A stretch of DNA of 32,000 bases from Candidatus Lokiarchaeum ossiferum (GTDB lineage: Archaea > Asgardarchaeota > Lokiarchaeia > Sigyniarchaeales > Promethearchaeaceae), in assembly GCA_025839675.1 (NCBI GenBank), contig CP104013.1, positions 5,520,001 through 5,552,000 on the forward strand, in the 5' to 3' direction. Shown in pieces: positions 9,634 through 18,231 of the stretch. The position numbers and the translations under genes were made by a program. Below the pieces are notes generated by a model. That model was not told the origin of the DNA. It saw only the letters and a list, made by a program, of their open reading frames with translations, and searched no databases. Numbering within the stretch: position 1 is the stretch's first letter; every line of letters starts with the position of its first letter.

Positions 9634-10716
9634 TTATTTTACGTAGATTAATTTAAAAAGTTGTCCACATTTGGAGCATTTTTTACTGGAAATAGGATTT
9701 TTATTCCCACATTTTCCACAATAATAATGATTTTGGCCTACCTTCACGGCAATTTTCTTCACTTTTACTTTTTTAGTATTATGGGGAACAGGTTGACTAA
9801 CATCTACTTTAGTGGATTTTTGAGAATTCTGAAAGGTTTTAACTTTAATTTCTTGAAATTGTGAAAATGCAACAGATATTACAATGGGAAACCAGAATAG
9901 TACTATGTTTTGAAAGAATTGAAAACTGAAATTGTAAAGAAGTAAATTGAAGCCATTCTTAAGAGGGTTTTGAATCCAATTTTCATAATTTCCCAATGAA
10001 AGATTGATTAAATTCATCAAAGGATTTGTGTAAAGACTACTTAAGATCATTGGGATAAACAAACTAAGTGTAAATAATATGATCATAAAAGCAACATTAT
10101 TTCTTGCGTAAAACCGACCTCCTTTCAAAGCTTCTGTTCCGTATTTCTCATCTATCAACATGGAATGAATGGAAAAGATAAAAAGGATCATTAAAATCAC
10201 TCCGGGTATTATTAACAAGGTCAATCCTGCTGTGATTAAAATAGATCCGCATAGGAGGAAGAATAATGAAGTAAAAACCCGTTTTCTATTATTGAATGGT
10301 TCTATAAATGATTGATTCCATGAGATAGTATGATTTTTAAACTTGTTTTCTTCAAGATCCACAATCTTTCGGGCCGTAACTAGCACTACAAATATTAGCA
10401 TGAACATTTGAGATGAAAACTTGATTGTACTAGAAAGAAAAAAAAGAATTGGATATGTTCTTTGAATTTGCAAATCTTCATCAGTTACCAAGAAATCTTG
10501 AATTTCTTCAACATTTATAATTATCTGATTGTATTTTGCTTCTAAATCCAATAACATTTCATTAAATCCAGTTAAATCAAATAATAGATATTGAATTAAT
10601 CCAGACAAGATGGATAGTACGAAAATGTACAAAATTATTGGAAGAATTGCTTTTTTAATTAAAATTAATGAAGATTTAACAATTTTTGAAAGAGAAGGTG
10701 CGTCATTTGATTCCAA
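9634..10716 (-). CDS. Polytopic membrane protein with a C-terminal cytoplasmic zinc ribbon
   Basis: About 6-7 hydrophobic helices. The C-terminus YYCGKCGNKNPISSKKCSKCGQLF has a CxxC-x10-CxxC pattern. The only start at the 5' end of the ORF is TTG (10716), so the start is uncertain. Confidence 0.65.
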   Translation of the reverse strand: MESNDAPSLSKIVKSSLILIKKAILPIILYIFVLSILSGLIQYLLFDLTGFNEMLLDLEAKYNQIIINVEEIQDFLVTDEDLQIQRTYPILFFLSSTIKFSSQMFMLIFVVLVTARKIVDLEENKFKNHTISWNQSFIEPFNNRKRVFTSLFFLLCGSILITAGLTLLIIPGVILMILFIFSIHSMLIDEKYGTEALKGGRFYARNNVAFMIILFTLSLFIPMILSSLYTNPLMNLINLSLGNYENWIQNPLKNGFNLLLYNFSFQFFQNIVLFWFPIVISVAFSQFQEIKVKTFQNSQKSTKVDVSQPVPHNTKKVKVKKIAVKVGQNHYYCGKCGNKNPISSKKCSKCGQLFKLIYVK

Positions 10717-10835
10717 AGGTGCTCACGTAATTTAATAGATATTATTTATTTTCTAATAAGGAAGAAAATTTTTTCAAATTATTCATTTTTGATACAAAAA
10801 AACAACAAAAAATGAAAATTGATCAAGAAATTTGA

Positions 10836-12008
10836 TTAAATGGTTTCTAAGAAGATACGCATTTTTTCAATGGCTTCATCAATAATTTCTAATGATGTAG
10901 AATAAGAAAATCTTAGAAATCCTTCTCCACATTCTCCAAATGCTGGTCCAGGTAAACATGCAACACCTGTTTCTTGCAAAATGCGATCTGCCAAATCAAT
11001 GCTGGACATTCCTGTTTTGGTAATATTTGGAAATGCATAAAAAGCACCTTGAGGAGTAACGCAACTCACATTTGGGAGGCTGTTCAACCCTTTAACTATC
11101 GCATCTCTACGTTTTCGGAAAACCGTCATATTTTTTTGTATAAATGTCTGGTCTCCTTTCAATGCTGCGATTCCTGCTTTTTGAATAAAGGGTGGAACAC
11201 AACTATAACTGGTCACAACAAATTGGCACATTTTGTTGATAATTTCTTTTGGAGCAACCAAATATCCTAACCGCCATCCTGTCATGGCATAGGCTTTTGC
11301 CATCCCATCTAACAAGATCGTACGCTCTTTCGCCGAATCCTGAACAGAGCAAGAATAATGCTTTTCGTCATACAACATTTTTGAATAAATCTCATCAGAA
11401 AAAATGAAAATGTCTTTTTCTTCTGCGATTGCTGCGATTTCTTCTAATTCCGCTTTTTTGGTTACTGCACCTGTTGGATTTTGGGGTGAGTTTATCACAA
11501 TTAACTTTGTTTTATCTGTAATGCGTTCTATAATATCGGCAGGGCTCAGTCGAAAATCATTTTTTTCTTTTGCAGGGACAAATGCATGTTTTGCATCTAA
11601 ATAATGAGCCGCTAAGGCATATGTTGGGAAGCTAGGATTCGGATAAATAACCTCATCCCCCGGATTCAGAACAGATGCCATAGCTAAAAATATTCCCGTG
11701 TTTCCTCCCGGAACTACAAGAATTTGATCAAGATTTGGGCGATATCCACGAGTGGTCTCGATTTCATCTTGTATTGCTTCTTTGAAATCGTATATCCCAC
11801 TTGTTCCAACATATCCTGTATATCCATCTTTTATTGCATCAATCGCAGCTTTTGATATGTGTTCGGGAGATTTATAATCTGGTTGTCCTATTTCAAAGTG
11901 TAGAATTTTTTTACCTTGTCTTTCCAACTCTGTTGCTTTTCCCAATACAGCAAAAGGACCACATTCGTCTGGAGGAATGCGAGACATTGCATTTGCTAAC
12001 GATTTCAT
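10836..12008 (-). CDS. Class I/II PLP-dependent (aspartate-family) aminotransferase
   Basis: Motifs: SPQNPTG, FSDEIY and MAKAYAMTGWRLGY (PLP lysine). The track ORF extends to 12089 and overlaps the upstream gene. The ATG at 12008 (MKSLANAMS) is preceded by an AGGAG. Confidence 0.9.
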   Translation of the reverse strand: MKSLANAMSRIPPDECGPFAVLGKATELERQGKKILHFEIGQPDYKSPEHISKAAIDAIKDGYTGYVGTSGIYDFKEAIQDEIETTRGYRPNLDQILVVPGGNTGIFLAMASVLNPGDEVIYPNPSFPTYALAAHYLDAKHAFVPAKEKNDFRLSPADIIERITDKTKLIVINSPQNPTGAVTKKAELEEIAAIAEEKDIFIFSDEIYSKMLYDEKHYSCSVQDSAKERTILLDGMAKAYAMTGWRLGYLVAPKEIINKMCQFVVTSYSCVPPFIQKAGIAALKGDQTFIQKNMTVFRKRRDAIVKGLNSLPNVSCVTPQGAFYAFPNITKTGMSSIDLADRILQETGVACLPGPAFGECGEGFLRFSYSTSLEIIDEAIEKMRIFLETI

Positions 12009-12032
12009 TTCTTTCTCTTTTCTCCTATTTGT

Positions 12033-12043
12033 AAAAAAAAAAA
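12033..12043 (-). terminator. T11 tract (A11 on the plus strand) between the unknown 420-aa gene and the aminotransferase gene. Possible intra-operon terminator or attenuator
   Basis: Eleven consecutive A at 12033-12043 on the plus strand. They sit 5 nt past the stop at 12049-12051 and 24 nt before the ATG at 12008. Confidence 0.3.
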
Positions 12044-12048
12044 GTAAT

Positions 12049-13311
12049 CTATTTATGTAAATTCCTGGCTGCGATAACAGGAATTCCATTTTTAATAAGT
12101 TCTTGGGCTGTATGATTTACTGAATCGTGTTTATCTAAGTAATTGAGCTTCACAGCATCCCACATCCCTTGATCAATAATATCTTTTTTATCTATGAAAT
12201 AGTCAAGAATATCTGATGGATGATCTCGTGTAGTATCAAGTTCGGGAAGCGCCCCTTCATGTTTAGCACTAATATTTTTGACTTTAGAAGATATTTCAAC
12301 CAATTCTTTGGTACGATCATAAGGTTGGCGAACGATGCTTTTATAAGTCTCGGTAATATGGTGTTCAAATCGAACCACATCCTCTAAACCAAAATCTTTA
12401 CGAGGTATTGCACTTAATTCAATTGTTTCGTTATTTACTGAATTTGAAAAATTAAATCCTATCAATGAGGTGGTTCCATCGGGACGTGAAAACAATTTAG
12501 CTGTCATCAAAGTCCATAAGACACTATAAGGGTTATCATTACCCATAAAAACTGAGATTTTAAACTCAATATCAACACCAATTTTATACAAGAAATATGC
12601 AAGTATGACTGTTCCAGGATTCACATTCAAAACTTGCCGAACTCCATAGGTTGTATAATAATAGAGAAATTCATCTATCCATTTTAAAGCGTAATCATTA
12701 GGTTGACCAACTCCTCCGAAATATCCTGTGATAGTTTCTGGACCTCCTAAATGTACGTTAGATCCATCTGTTCCTTTAGTATCTAGGGTTTCAACATAGG
12801 ATGCTCCAATTATGTTCATTGCTGCAGCTACCGCTAAAATATCATGGTCTTCTTCTTGCTCCTTCATTTTTCGTACTCGAATTATTCGTCCAGGCATTAA
12901 TTCTCCATGCTTGATTGCTTTTTTTGCTTGTTCAATAAGAAATGGGAAATATTGTAGAGCACTTAATTCAAGCGTGACGGCAAAATCATCCGCAAATTTG
13001 GTTGATTCATATTTATCACCCAATACTTTCTTATAATAATCTTGAATTTTTATGAAAGCTCCAGAATCTCTTTGCTCAATCAGCCATTCTAAGTCTTTAA
13101 TATAAGGCGAATTAAATTCCTTCAATTTTCCCATAAGATTCTCGATTTTCCGGGCTTCGGAGGCTTTTGCATTAATTTCCTCTGGTGTTCCATACTTTTT
13201 AACAACATCTAAGAATTTCTTAATTAGCGGGTTATTTCCATCAAGTAAAAATTTATTTACTTGATCGTAAGATTCACTTGATATTTTCAATTTTTCTTGC
13301 AAATTTGTCAT
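12049..13311 (-). CDS. Conserved-looking hypothetical protein, 420 aa, cysteine-free, soluble. I do not recognise the family
   Basis: ATG at 13311 preceded by GGTGAT-aaa. Codon usage and length are clean. It has no TM segment, no cysteine and no motif I can name. The most distinctive stretch is HLGGPETITGYFGGVGQPNDY. Confidence 0.8.
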   Translation of the reverse strand: MTNLQEKLKISSESYDQVNKFLLDGNNPLIKKFLDVVKKYGTPEEINAKASEARKIENLMGKLKEFNSPYIKDLEWLIEQRDSGAFIKIQDYYKKVLGDKYESTKFADDFAVTLELSALQYFPFLIEQAKKAIKHGELMPGRIIRVRKMKEQEEDHDILAVAAAMNIIGASYVETLDTKGTDGSNVHLGGPETITGYFGGVGQPNDYALKWIDEFLYYYTTYGVRQVLNVNPGTVILAYFLYKIGVDIEFKISVFMGNDNPYSVLWTLMTAKLFSRPDGTTSLIGFNFSNSVNNETIELSAIPRKDFGLEDVVRFEHHITETYKSIVRQPYDRTKELVEISSKVKNISAKHEGALPELDTTRDHPSDILDYFIDKKDIIDQGMWDAVKLNYLDKHDSVNHTAQELIKNGIPVIAARNLHK

Positions 13312-13417
13312 TTTATCACCAATATTAATTTATTCTCAAAAAATGTCCCAAATCCATCATAATTTCCATGGATCATTTTAGAATCAGGAACTTTTTCGGA
13401 AAAAATGTATTCATTTT

Positions 13418-13502
13418 AATAAATGTAATTAGGTGTTAATCTTTCTGTCTAAAAAAGATGGTGATTATTTACAAGATTTTGTCTATTGTTGTATAAAATG
13501 TT
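13418..13502 (-). promoter_or_regulatory. Copy A of a shared 85-nt promoter/leader element (TATA-like box plus a conserved region around the predicted transcription start)
   Basis: It aligns gap-free with 18232-18316 at 66 of 85 identities. A core at 13442-13474 has 32 of 33 identical. Read on the minus strand it starts with AACATTTTATACA (13502-13490). About 20-25 nt later comes TTGTAAATAATCACCATCTTTTTTAGACAGAAA. Its proximal edge (13418) lies 107 nt upstream of the ATG at 13311. Confidence 0.55.
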
Positions 13503-13560
13503 GGATCGATATATGAATCAGATTTAAGAATATCTCTATTTTCTTAAAAAATGGAAAATT

Positions 13561-14532
13561 TTATGAAGATGAGAGTAATTTGGCTACCTTTATTGATGGG
13601 GGGTGGATTGTGGGAATAATTTCTTGCATAACTAACGTTGTGTATGTCTTATCTATATGGTAGATTTGATATAATGAGAATATAAATTCTTTAAGTTGAT
13701 ACAACCCTTTTACCCGGAATGTCGCAAAAATACACGATTCTGCGTCAATTCGAAATAAATCAACTACATGTGGGTTATGACATAAAGATTTTGCAATTTC
13801 GCTAAGATCACGGTATTTTTTTGGTTTTAATCGAAGAAAATATTTATAAGCAAAATCAGGGGAGGGTTTTGCTAAAGTTATCGAAAATGCACGGATTATC
13901 CCTTTATTAAAGAAGGATTCACGATTTTTTTTCATACGGCTGGACTCGATTTTTTCTTTTTCTTCTTTTGTGAATACAGGGTTGTCATCCTTTCGGTCTA
14001 CCCAATGTCGTAGGCTACAATTTTTTCTAAGTAATTGTAAATCATTCCATTGATTATGGTCAATTGGGAATATATCTGTGGAGCGGTTTAAGATAAATCC
14101 TCCTAGCTTATAAAATTCTAAAGGTCGAAATATCCGGTACGCTGTAAAAATCCGTTTGGTAACAGCATGATCAATTAAAGCTAATATATCTCTGAATCTT
14201 TTTTCCGAATAAACCCTTACTTGAATTAGCAACGAATAATCTCCTAAGATCAAATCCAAAGATATTATTTCAGGTATTGGTAGAAATAATTTTAGAATTT
14301 CTGAATTCGTCGGATTTCCTGTTAGTTCAATAAAATAATGACATAGTTCTACTTTATTGGGGTTAAGAATATAAGTTGCAGAATGAATTATACGCTTGTT
14401 CCACAAATCTTGCTTTAGTTTTGTGATTGTCTGCCTTGCCATAGGGAGAATTTTAGCAAGATGATTCACACTCAGTAATGAATTCTTAAATAATTCTTCA
14501 ACTAATAATAATTGATTCAAATTATTTTCCAT
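13561..14532 (-). CDS. Lrp/AsnC-like protein with two tandem HTH+RAM modules (double-Lrp), paralog 1
   Basis: The first half has EELFKNSLLSVNHLAKILPMARQTITKLKQDLWNKRII (wHTH-like) and PEIISLDLILGDYSLLIQVRV (RAM/ACT-like). The second half repeats the pattern: LQLLRKN...NKGIIRAF...HNPHVVDLFRIDAESCIFATFRV. ATG at 14532. Confidence 0.65.
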   Translation of the reverse strand: MENNLNQLLLVEELFKNSLLSVNHLAKILPMARQTITKLKQDLWNKRIIHSATYILNPNKVELCHYFIELTGNPTNSEILKLFLPIPEIISLDLILGDYSLLIQVRVYSEKRFRDILALIDHAVTKRIFTAYRIFRPLEFYKLGGFILNRSTDIFPIDHNQWNDLQLLRKNCSLRHWVDRKDDNPVFTKEEKEKIESSRMKKNRESFFNKGIIRAFSITLAKPSPDFAYKYFLRLKPKKYRDLSEIAKSLCHNPHVVDLFRIDAESCIFATFRVKGLYQLKEFIFSLYQIYHIDKTYTTLVMQEIIPTIHPPSIKVAKLLSSS

Positions 14533-14557
14533 CTATATCACGGGGTAATAAACAATT

Positions 14558-15538
14558 TCATTTTTTAAAAAAACTTAAACGTTTTGAAATTTCTAAAGTG
14601 GGGGGAGTTATTGAGCGAATTAATTCTTCAACAATTAAATCTATCGTCGTTTCTTGTATTTCATATTCTTCATAAAGAGAATGGACAATTTCTGGAACAG
14701 AAAGTTTGTCTTTACAACAATATATTCCTAGTAATCCAAGATTATTTCCTGTTCTATAAATTTCTATGAAATTAGGGTTCATTTTTAATTGATTAATTAA
14801 GGAAGAATACTGCGTATTTTGCTTTGGTTTCATACGCACTAAATATTTAGTATTAAAATTCGCTATGGGATTATTTAATATAATAGTAAAATTTTGAATA
14901 ATCCCTTCTTCTTCAAATCGATAAATTTCTCGTAAAAGATTTATCTTTTCTAAAAATTTAACTTCTTCAATTTTGAAGATCTGTTCCGAAATCTCTGTTA
15001 ATGGCCATTTTCGGAGATTATAATTTTTTCTAAGAAGTTGTAACAATTTCCATCTTCTTTCTGTAAGGTGATTAATTTGAGAATCGTCGTCTAAAATAAA
15101 ACCACCAACTTTGAAAATACCTAAGGAATCCGTTATTTCGTACGAACTAAGCATTCCATCATCAATGAGACCATCAAAAATATGCAAAATTTCAATAAAC
15201 CTTTTTTGATTTCTTACACAAAATTGGGTTAGAATTGTTTTTTCTCCTAATAATACGTTTAACATTGTTAGTTCTGGAATTTCTAATAAAATCTCTCTCA
15301 ATTTTGATTCTTTGAAGCTGCTAATTGAAATAAAGATGAAAAAATTATGGCTTCTAAAATTATTGGGGTTTACTAATATTGTAGGTGAATAAATCTTTCG
15401 TCCTACCCACAAAGATTGTCTTAAGGATGCTGCAGACTGGCGGGAAATTTGGAGTATCCTACTTAAAGTGATTGAGCTCACGCGAGAATTTATGAACAAT
15501 TCTTCAATCACTTTCTTCTGCTTTGCATCTATTTCCAT
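14558..15538 (-). CDS. Lrp/AsnC-like protein with two tandem HTH+RAM modules (double-Lrp), paralog 2
   Basis: Colinear with 13561-14532 over its full length: EELFINS..., LQLLRKNYNLRKW, EEGIIQNF, and IxPP near the C-terminus. ATG at 15538. It lies 25 nt from the paralog. Confidence 0.65.
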   Translation of the reverse strand: MEIDAKQKKVIEELFINSRVSSITLSRILQISRQSAASLRQSLWVGRKIYSPTILVNPNNFRSHNFFIFISISSFKESKLREILLEIPELTMLNVLLGEKTILTQFCVRNQKRFIEILHIFDGLIDDGMLSSYEITDSLGIFKVGGFILDDDSQINHLTERRWKLLQLLRKNYNLRKWPLTEISEQIFKIEEVKFLEKINLLREIYRFEEEGIIQNFTIILNNPIANFNTKYLVRMKPKQNTQYSSLINQLKMNPNFIEIYRTGNNLGLLGIYCCKDKLSVPEIVHSLYEEYEIQETTIDLIVEELIRSITPPTLEISKRLSFFKK

Positions 15539-15597
15539 GGAATGCCTTAATCAATACACAAAGAATAAAAAAATTAATTATTAAAACTTATCCATCT

Positions 15598-16044
15598 TTA
15601 ATTGTATGTTTCTCGCATTTCTTTAGTGCATAGGGTCGGAGCTATAAATTGTTGCCATTTTTCTCCCTTCCATGTCTTCAATTTTTCATGATTAAGGAAA
15701 TATTTTTCAGGAATGGGGTGTGTTCCTATTACTACTTCCATTCCAAACTTTACTTCAATTGTACTTTTAAACTGACTAATGCGAGGGCATGGAGGGTAGC
15801 CTACAATAAGTCCTGTTGCTAAATGAATTATTTCTGCCCCATTTTTCTTCATTTCTTCTGGTGCATATTCAATGTTACCACCTGGACAACCTCCACAAGA
15901 GGTGAATCCCACTAATTCAACTTCTTCATCTTTGTATCTTTCAAAGGCACCTTCGCGTGATTTGAGTGATTTGAAGCATTTTCCACCTGCACAAGTGCTA
16001 TAACGATTACAAATAATGATACCTACCTTTCTTTTTTGAGACAT
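15598..16044 (-). CDS. CGGC-domain protein
   Basis: FTSCGGCPGG plus N-terminal cysteines (CNRYSTCAGGKC) fit the CGGC domain pattern. ATG at 16044. Confidence 0.85.
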   Translation of the reverse strand: MSQKRKVGIIICNRYSTCAGGKCFKSLKSREGAFERYKDEEVELVGFTSCGGCPGGNIEYAPEEMKKNGAEIIHLATGLIVGYPPCPRISQFKSTIEVKFGMEVVIGTHPIPEKYFLNHEKLKTWKGEKWQQFIAPTLCTKEMRETYN

Positions 16045-16135
16045 AGGGAAAGAAAGAAAAATTCATAAAAAAATGTATTGAATATCTATTCAAGCAATAT
16101 TGATAAAAATATATTAACAATAACAATTTTCAAAT

Positions 16136-16735
16136 TTAAAGTAGGTCAGAGATAGTTTGTTTGAAGTCTTCATATTTTGTAACTACCGGAAATTCCGGAA
16201 ACTCATCAATTACATTTTGAGGAGGTCGAAAAAGAATTCCATTTGTCGCTTCTTTTAGCATTGCTGTGTCATTATAAGAATCTCCTGCTGCAATAACTTC
16301 ATAGTTCATCTTCATCAAGGCCTGAGTGGTTTTCCGTTTTTGATCCGATATTCGAATTTTATAATCAGAAATCATTCCCATTTCATCGATAATTAAATTA
16401 TGGCATAGGAGGGTGGGATAATTTAATTTTTTCATAAACATTCCTCCTAATTCTAGAAAAGTATCCGAAAGGATAAGCACTTGGGTTTGGGTTCGTAACC
16501 AATCTAAAAATTCTTTAGCCCCAGGTAAAGGATCCATTTGATTGATAACTTCTTGAATATCCTTTAATGTTATATTGTTTTCTTTAAGAATTTCCAATCG
16601 ACGTTTCATCAATACATCATAATCTGAAATATCTCGTGTAGTTAAATTTAATTCATCGATTCCGGTGGATTTTGCTACATTAATCCAGATCTCGGGCGTC
16701 AACACGCCTTCCATATCTAAGCATACTATTTTCAT
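16136..16735 (-). CDS. thrH: ThrH-type HAD phosphatase (phosphoserine phosphatase / homoserine phosphotransferase-like)
   Basis: Full-length resemblance to my recollection of Pseudomonas ThrH: MKIVCLDMEGVLTPEIW, TTRDISDYDVLMKRRL, ILSDTF, IAAGDSYNDTAML and EFPEFPVV. Confidence 0.8.
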   Translation of the reverse strand: MKIVCLDMEGVLTPEIWINVAKSTGIDELNLTTRDISDYDVLMKRRLEILKENNITLKDIQEVINQMDPLPGAKEFLDWLRTQTQVLILSDTFLELGGMFMKKLNYPTLLCHNLIIDEMGMISDYKIRISDQKRKTTQALMKMNYEVIAAGDSYNDTAMLKEATNGILFRPPQNVIDEFPEFPVVTKYEDFKQTISDLL

Positions 16736-16775
16736 TCTATATTCCTCTAAATATTTTGACTTCGTTTTAAAAAAA

Positions 16776-18119
16776 TTATCTTGTTAGTAGCATTTTTTTG
16801 AAGCTATTGTAGTCATTGTCCATTTTCTGAATATATTCTTGGTTATTTGACTGTTTTTTCATATTTTCTGTCATTCCTATTTCTATTCCTAATATCTTTT
16901 CGATTTCTTCTGGAAATTTTGCCGGATCTGCTGTTTCAATGCTTATACAAGGGAATTTTGATGGAAATTCTTTCAAATATTCATTTAAACCATACCATGC
17001 AACCGCTCCATGGGGCTCGAGAATATAATTTAAGGAATCATAGGTTTTTTTGATTGTTTGTATTGTTTGATCATCTGAAACGCTAATGCTCCACATATCG
17101 TTTTTAATATCATCCATATTCGGCAAAGCGTGGAGTTCTCCTTGATAATCGAGATGTCCTCCATATAAATCTACTAATCTCACAAGGTTACTTGGATGAC
17201 CAACATTCATCGCACTAGAAAGGCATGCTTTTGAAGGTTCGACTTTCTGATATTTACTATTTTTTAAAAATTGTGGATATTCGTCATTTTCATTAACCGC
17301 CACTACAAATTTCTCAACAGGAAGCCCCATTTTTTTTGCGATTAATCCTCCCATCAAATTTCCAAAGTTTCCAGAAGGCACCGAAATAATGCACGGTTCT
17401 TGAGGTGAAATTTTGCAAGCAGCATAGAAATAATAAACAATTTGGGGTAAAATTCTTCCGAAATTGATACTATTGGCAGATGAAAGGTTCAAGTGTGTTA
17501 AGTCTGCATCTCCAAAAGCTTGCTTCACTAACTTCTGACAATCATCAAACTTGCCATTTAAAGCGATTGCTGTAATATTCTTTCCTAAAGTAGTCATTTG
17601 TTTCCTTTGTCGTGCACTTACTTCTGTTGCAGGATAAAGTATTATTACTTCAATATTATCTAAACCTAAGTAAGCATCTGCGATCGCACCTCCCGTATCT
17701 CCCGATGTTGCAACTAAAATGGTAAGTTTTTGGCTTTTTTTTTTTAGAAAGTGTTGCATTAATCTACTCATCATTCGAGCGGCAAAATCTTTGAAGGCAG
17801 ATGTGGGTCCTTGATCCAATCTCATGATATAATGATTTAATTCAAGTTTAACGAGTGGAACTTCAAAGTCATATGCATCTTTGGAAATTTTAAGTAAGTC
17901 TTCCTTTGCAATCTCTTTATGTAAATATAAATTACAGATTTCAGTGGCTATTTCGGCATATGACATTGTGTTAAATTTGTTTAATATCTCTTTAGATATT
18001 TTTGGGATAGATTCTGGCATGTATAAACCAAAATCTGGTGCTTGTCCCATGAATAGAATTTCTTCGAAATTTTGTTGGGGGACAGTTTTATTCGTGCTAT
18101 AAAATTGCATCATAATCAT
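16776..18119 (-). CDS. thrC: Threonine synthase
   Basis: Motifs: FYSTNK near the N-terminus, GQAPDFGLYMP, the PLP-lysine motif GPTSAFKDFA, and SGDTGGA. The track start is a TTG at 18122. In-frame ATGs at 18119, 18113 and 18110 are all possible. Confidence 0.9.
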   Translation of the reverse strand: MIMMQFYSTNKTVPQQNFEEILFMGQAPDFGLYMPESIPKISKEILNKFNTMSYAEIATEICNLYLHKEIAKEDLLKISKDAYDFEVPLVKLELNHYIMRLDQGPTSAFKDFAARMMSRLMQHFLKKKSQKLTILVATSGDTGGAIADAYLGLDNIEVIILYPATEVSARQRKQMTTLGKNITAIALNGKFDDCQKLVKQAFGDADLTHLNLSSANSINFGRILPQIVYYFYAACKISPQEPCIISVPSGNFGNLMGGLIAKKMGLPVEKFVVAVNENDEYPQFLKNSKYQKVEPSKACLSSAMNVGHPSNLVRLVDLYGGHLDYQGELHALPNMDDIKNDMWSISVSDDQTIQTIKKTYDSLNYILEPHGAVAWYGLNEYLKEFPSKFPCISIETADPAKFPEEIEKILGIEIGMTENMKKQSNNQEYIQKMDNDYNSFKKMLLTR

Positions 18120-18231
18120 CAAAGTTCTCTATCATAAAATTATATTTCTTAAAAAAATCAATCAAATTCTAAGTTCTCTTGCTCCTCGATGATAGATTTT
18201 GATTATTTTTAAGTGAAAATATACTTTTTAC

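Noticed and set aside
10836-12089. The long N-terminal extension of the aminotransferase ORF (MEFLLSQPGIYINRLLFFFTNRRKEKE...)
   Set aside because: It overlaps the upstream gene by 41 nt and spans the T11 tract. It adds residues that aminotransferases lack, while the internal ATG at 12008 has an AGGAG upstream.
13354-13363. ATTATGATG in leader A resembling the thrC start region (18108-18117), suggesting the leader was copied together with the gene start
   Set aside because: The word is short and AT-rich. It lies at a different distance from the conserved element in the two copies (55 versus 115 nt), and the flanks do not align. This is most likely coincidence.
13312-13417. Leader peptides or attenuator uORFs in the two long 5' leaders (also 18123-18231)
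   Set aside because: Small uORFs exist. In leader A they are MNTFFPKKFLILK and a 22-codon one ending in ATGA at the main start. In leader B they are MCHLLIFIVKS... and MIENFDDYDAIL. They are not conserved between the two leaders, and they contain no Thr/Ile/Met runs that would indicate attenuation.
13561-15538. The paired double-Lrp-like proteins as siroheme decarboxylase subunits (AhbA/AhbB or NirDL type) of the archaeal alternative haem pathway
   Set aside because: Size and tandem pairing fit. However, the RAM-like segments read like classical Lrp regulators (GDYSLLIQVRV, AESCIFATFRV), not like the decarboxylase patterns I remember. No other ahb or sirohaem genes are nearby. I keep it as an alternative to be excluded by profile search.
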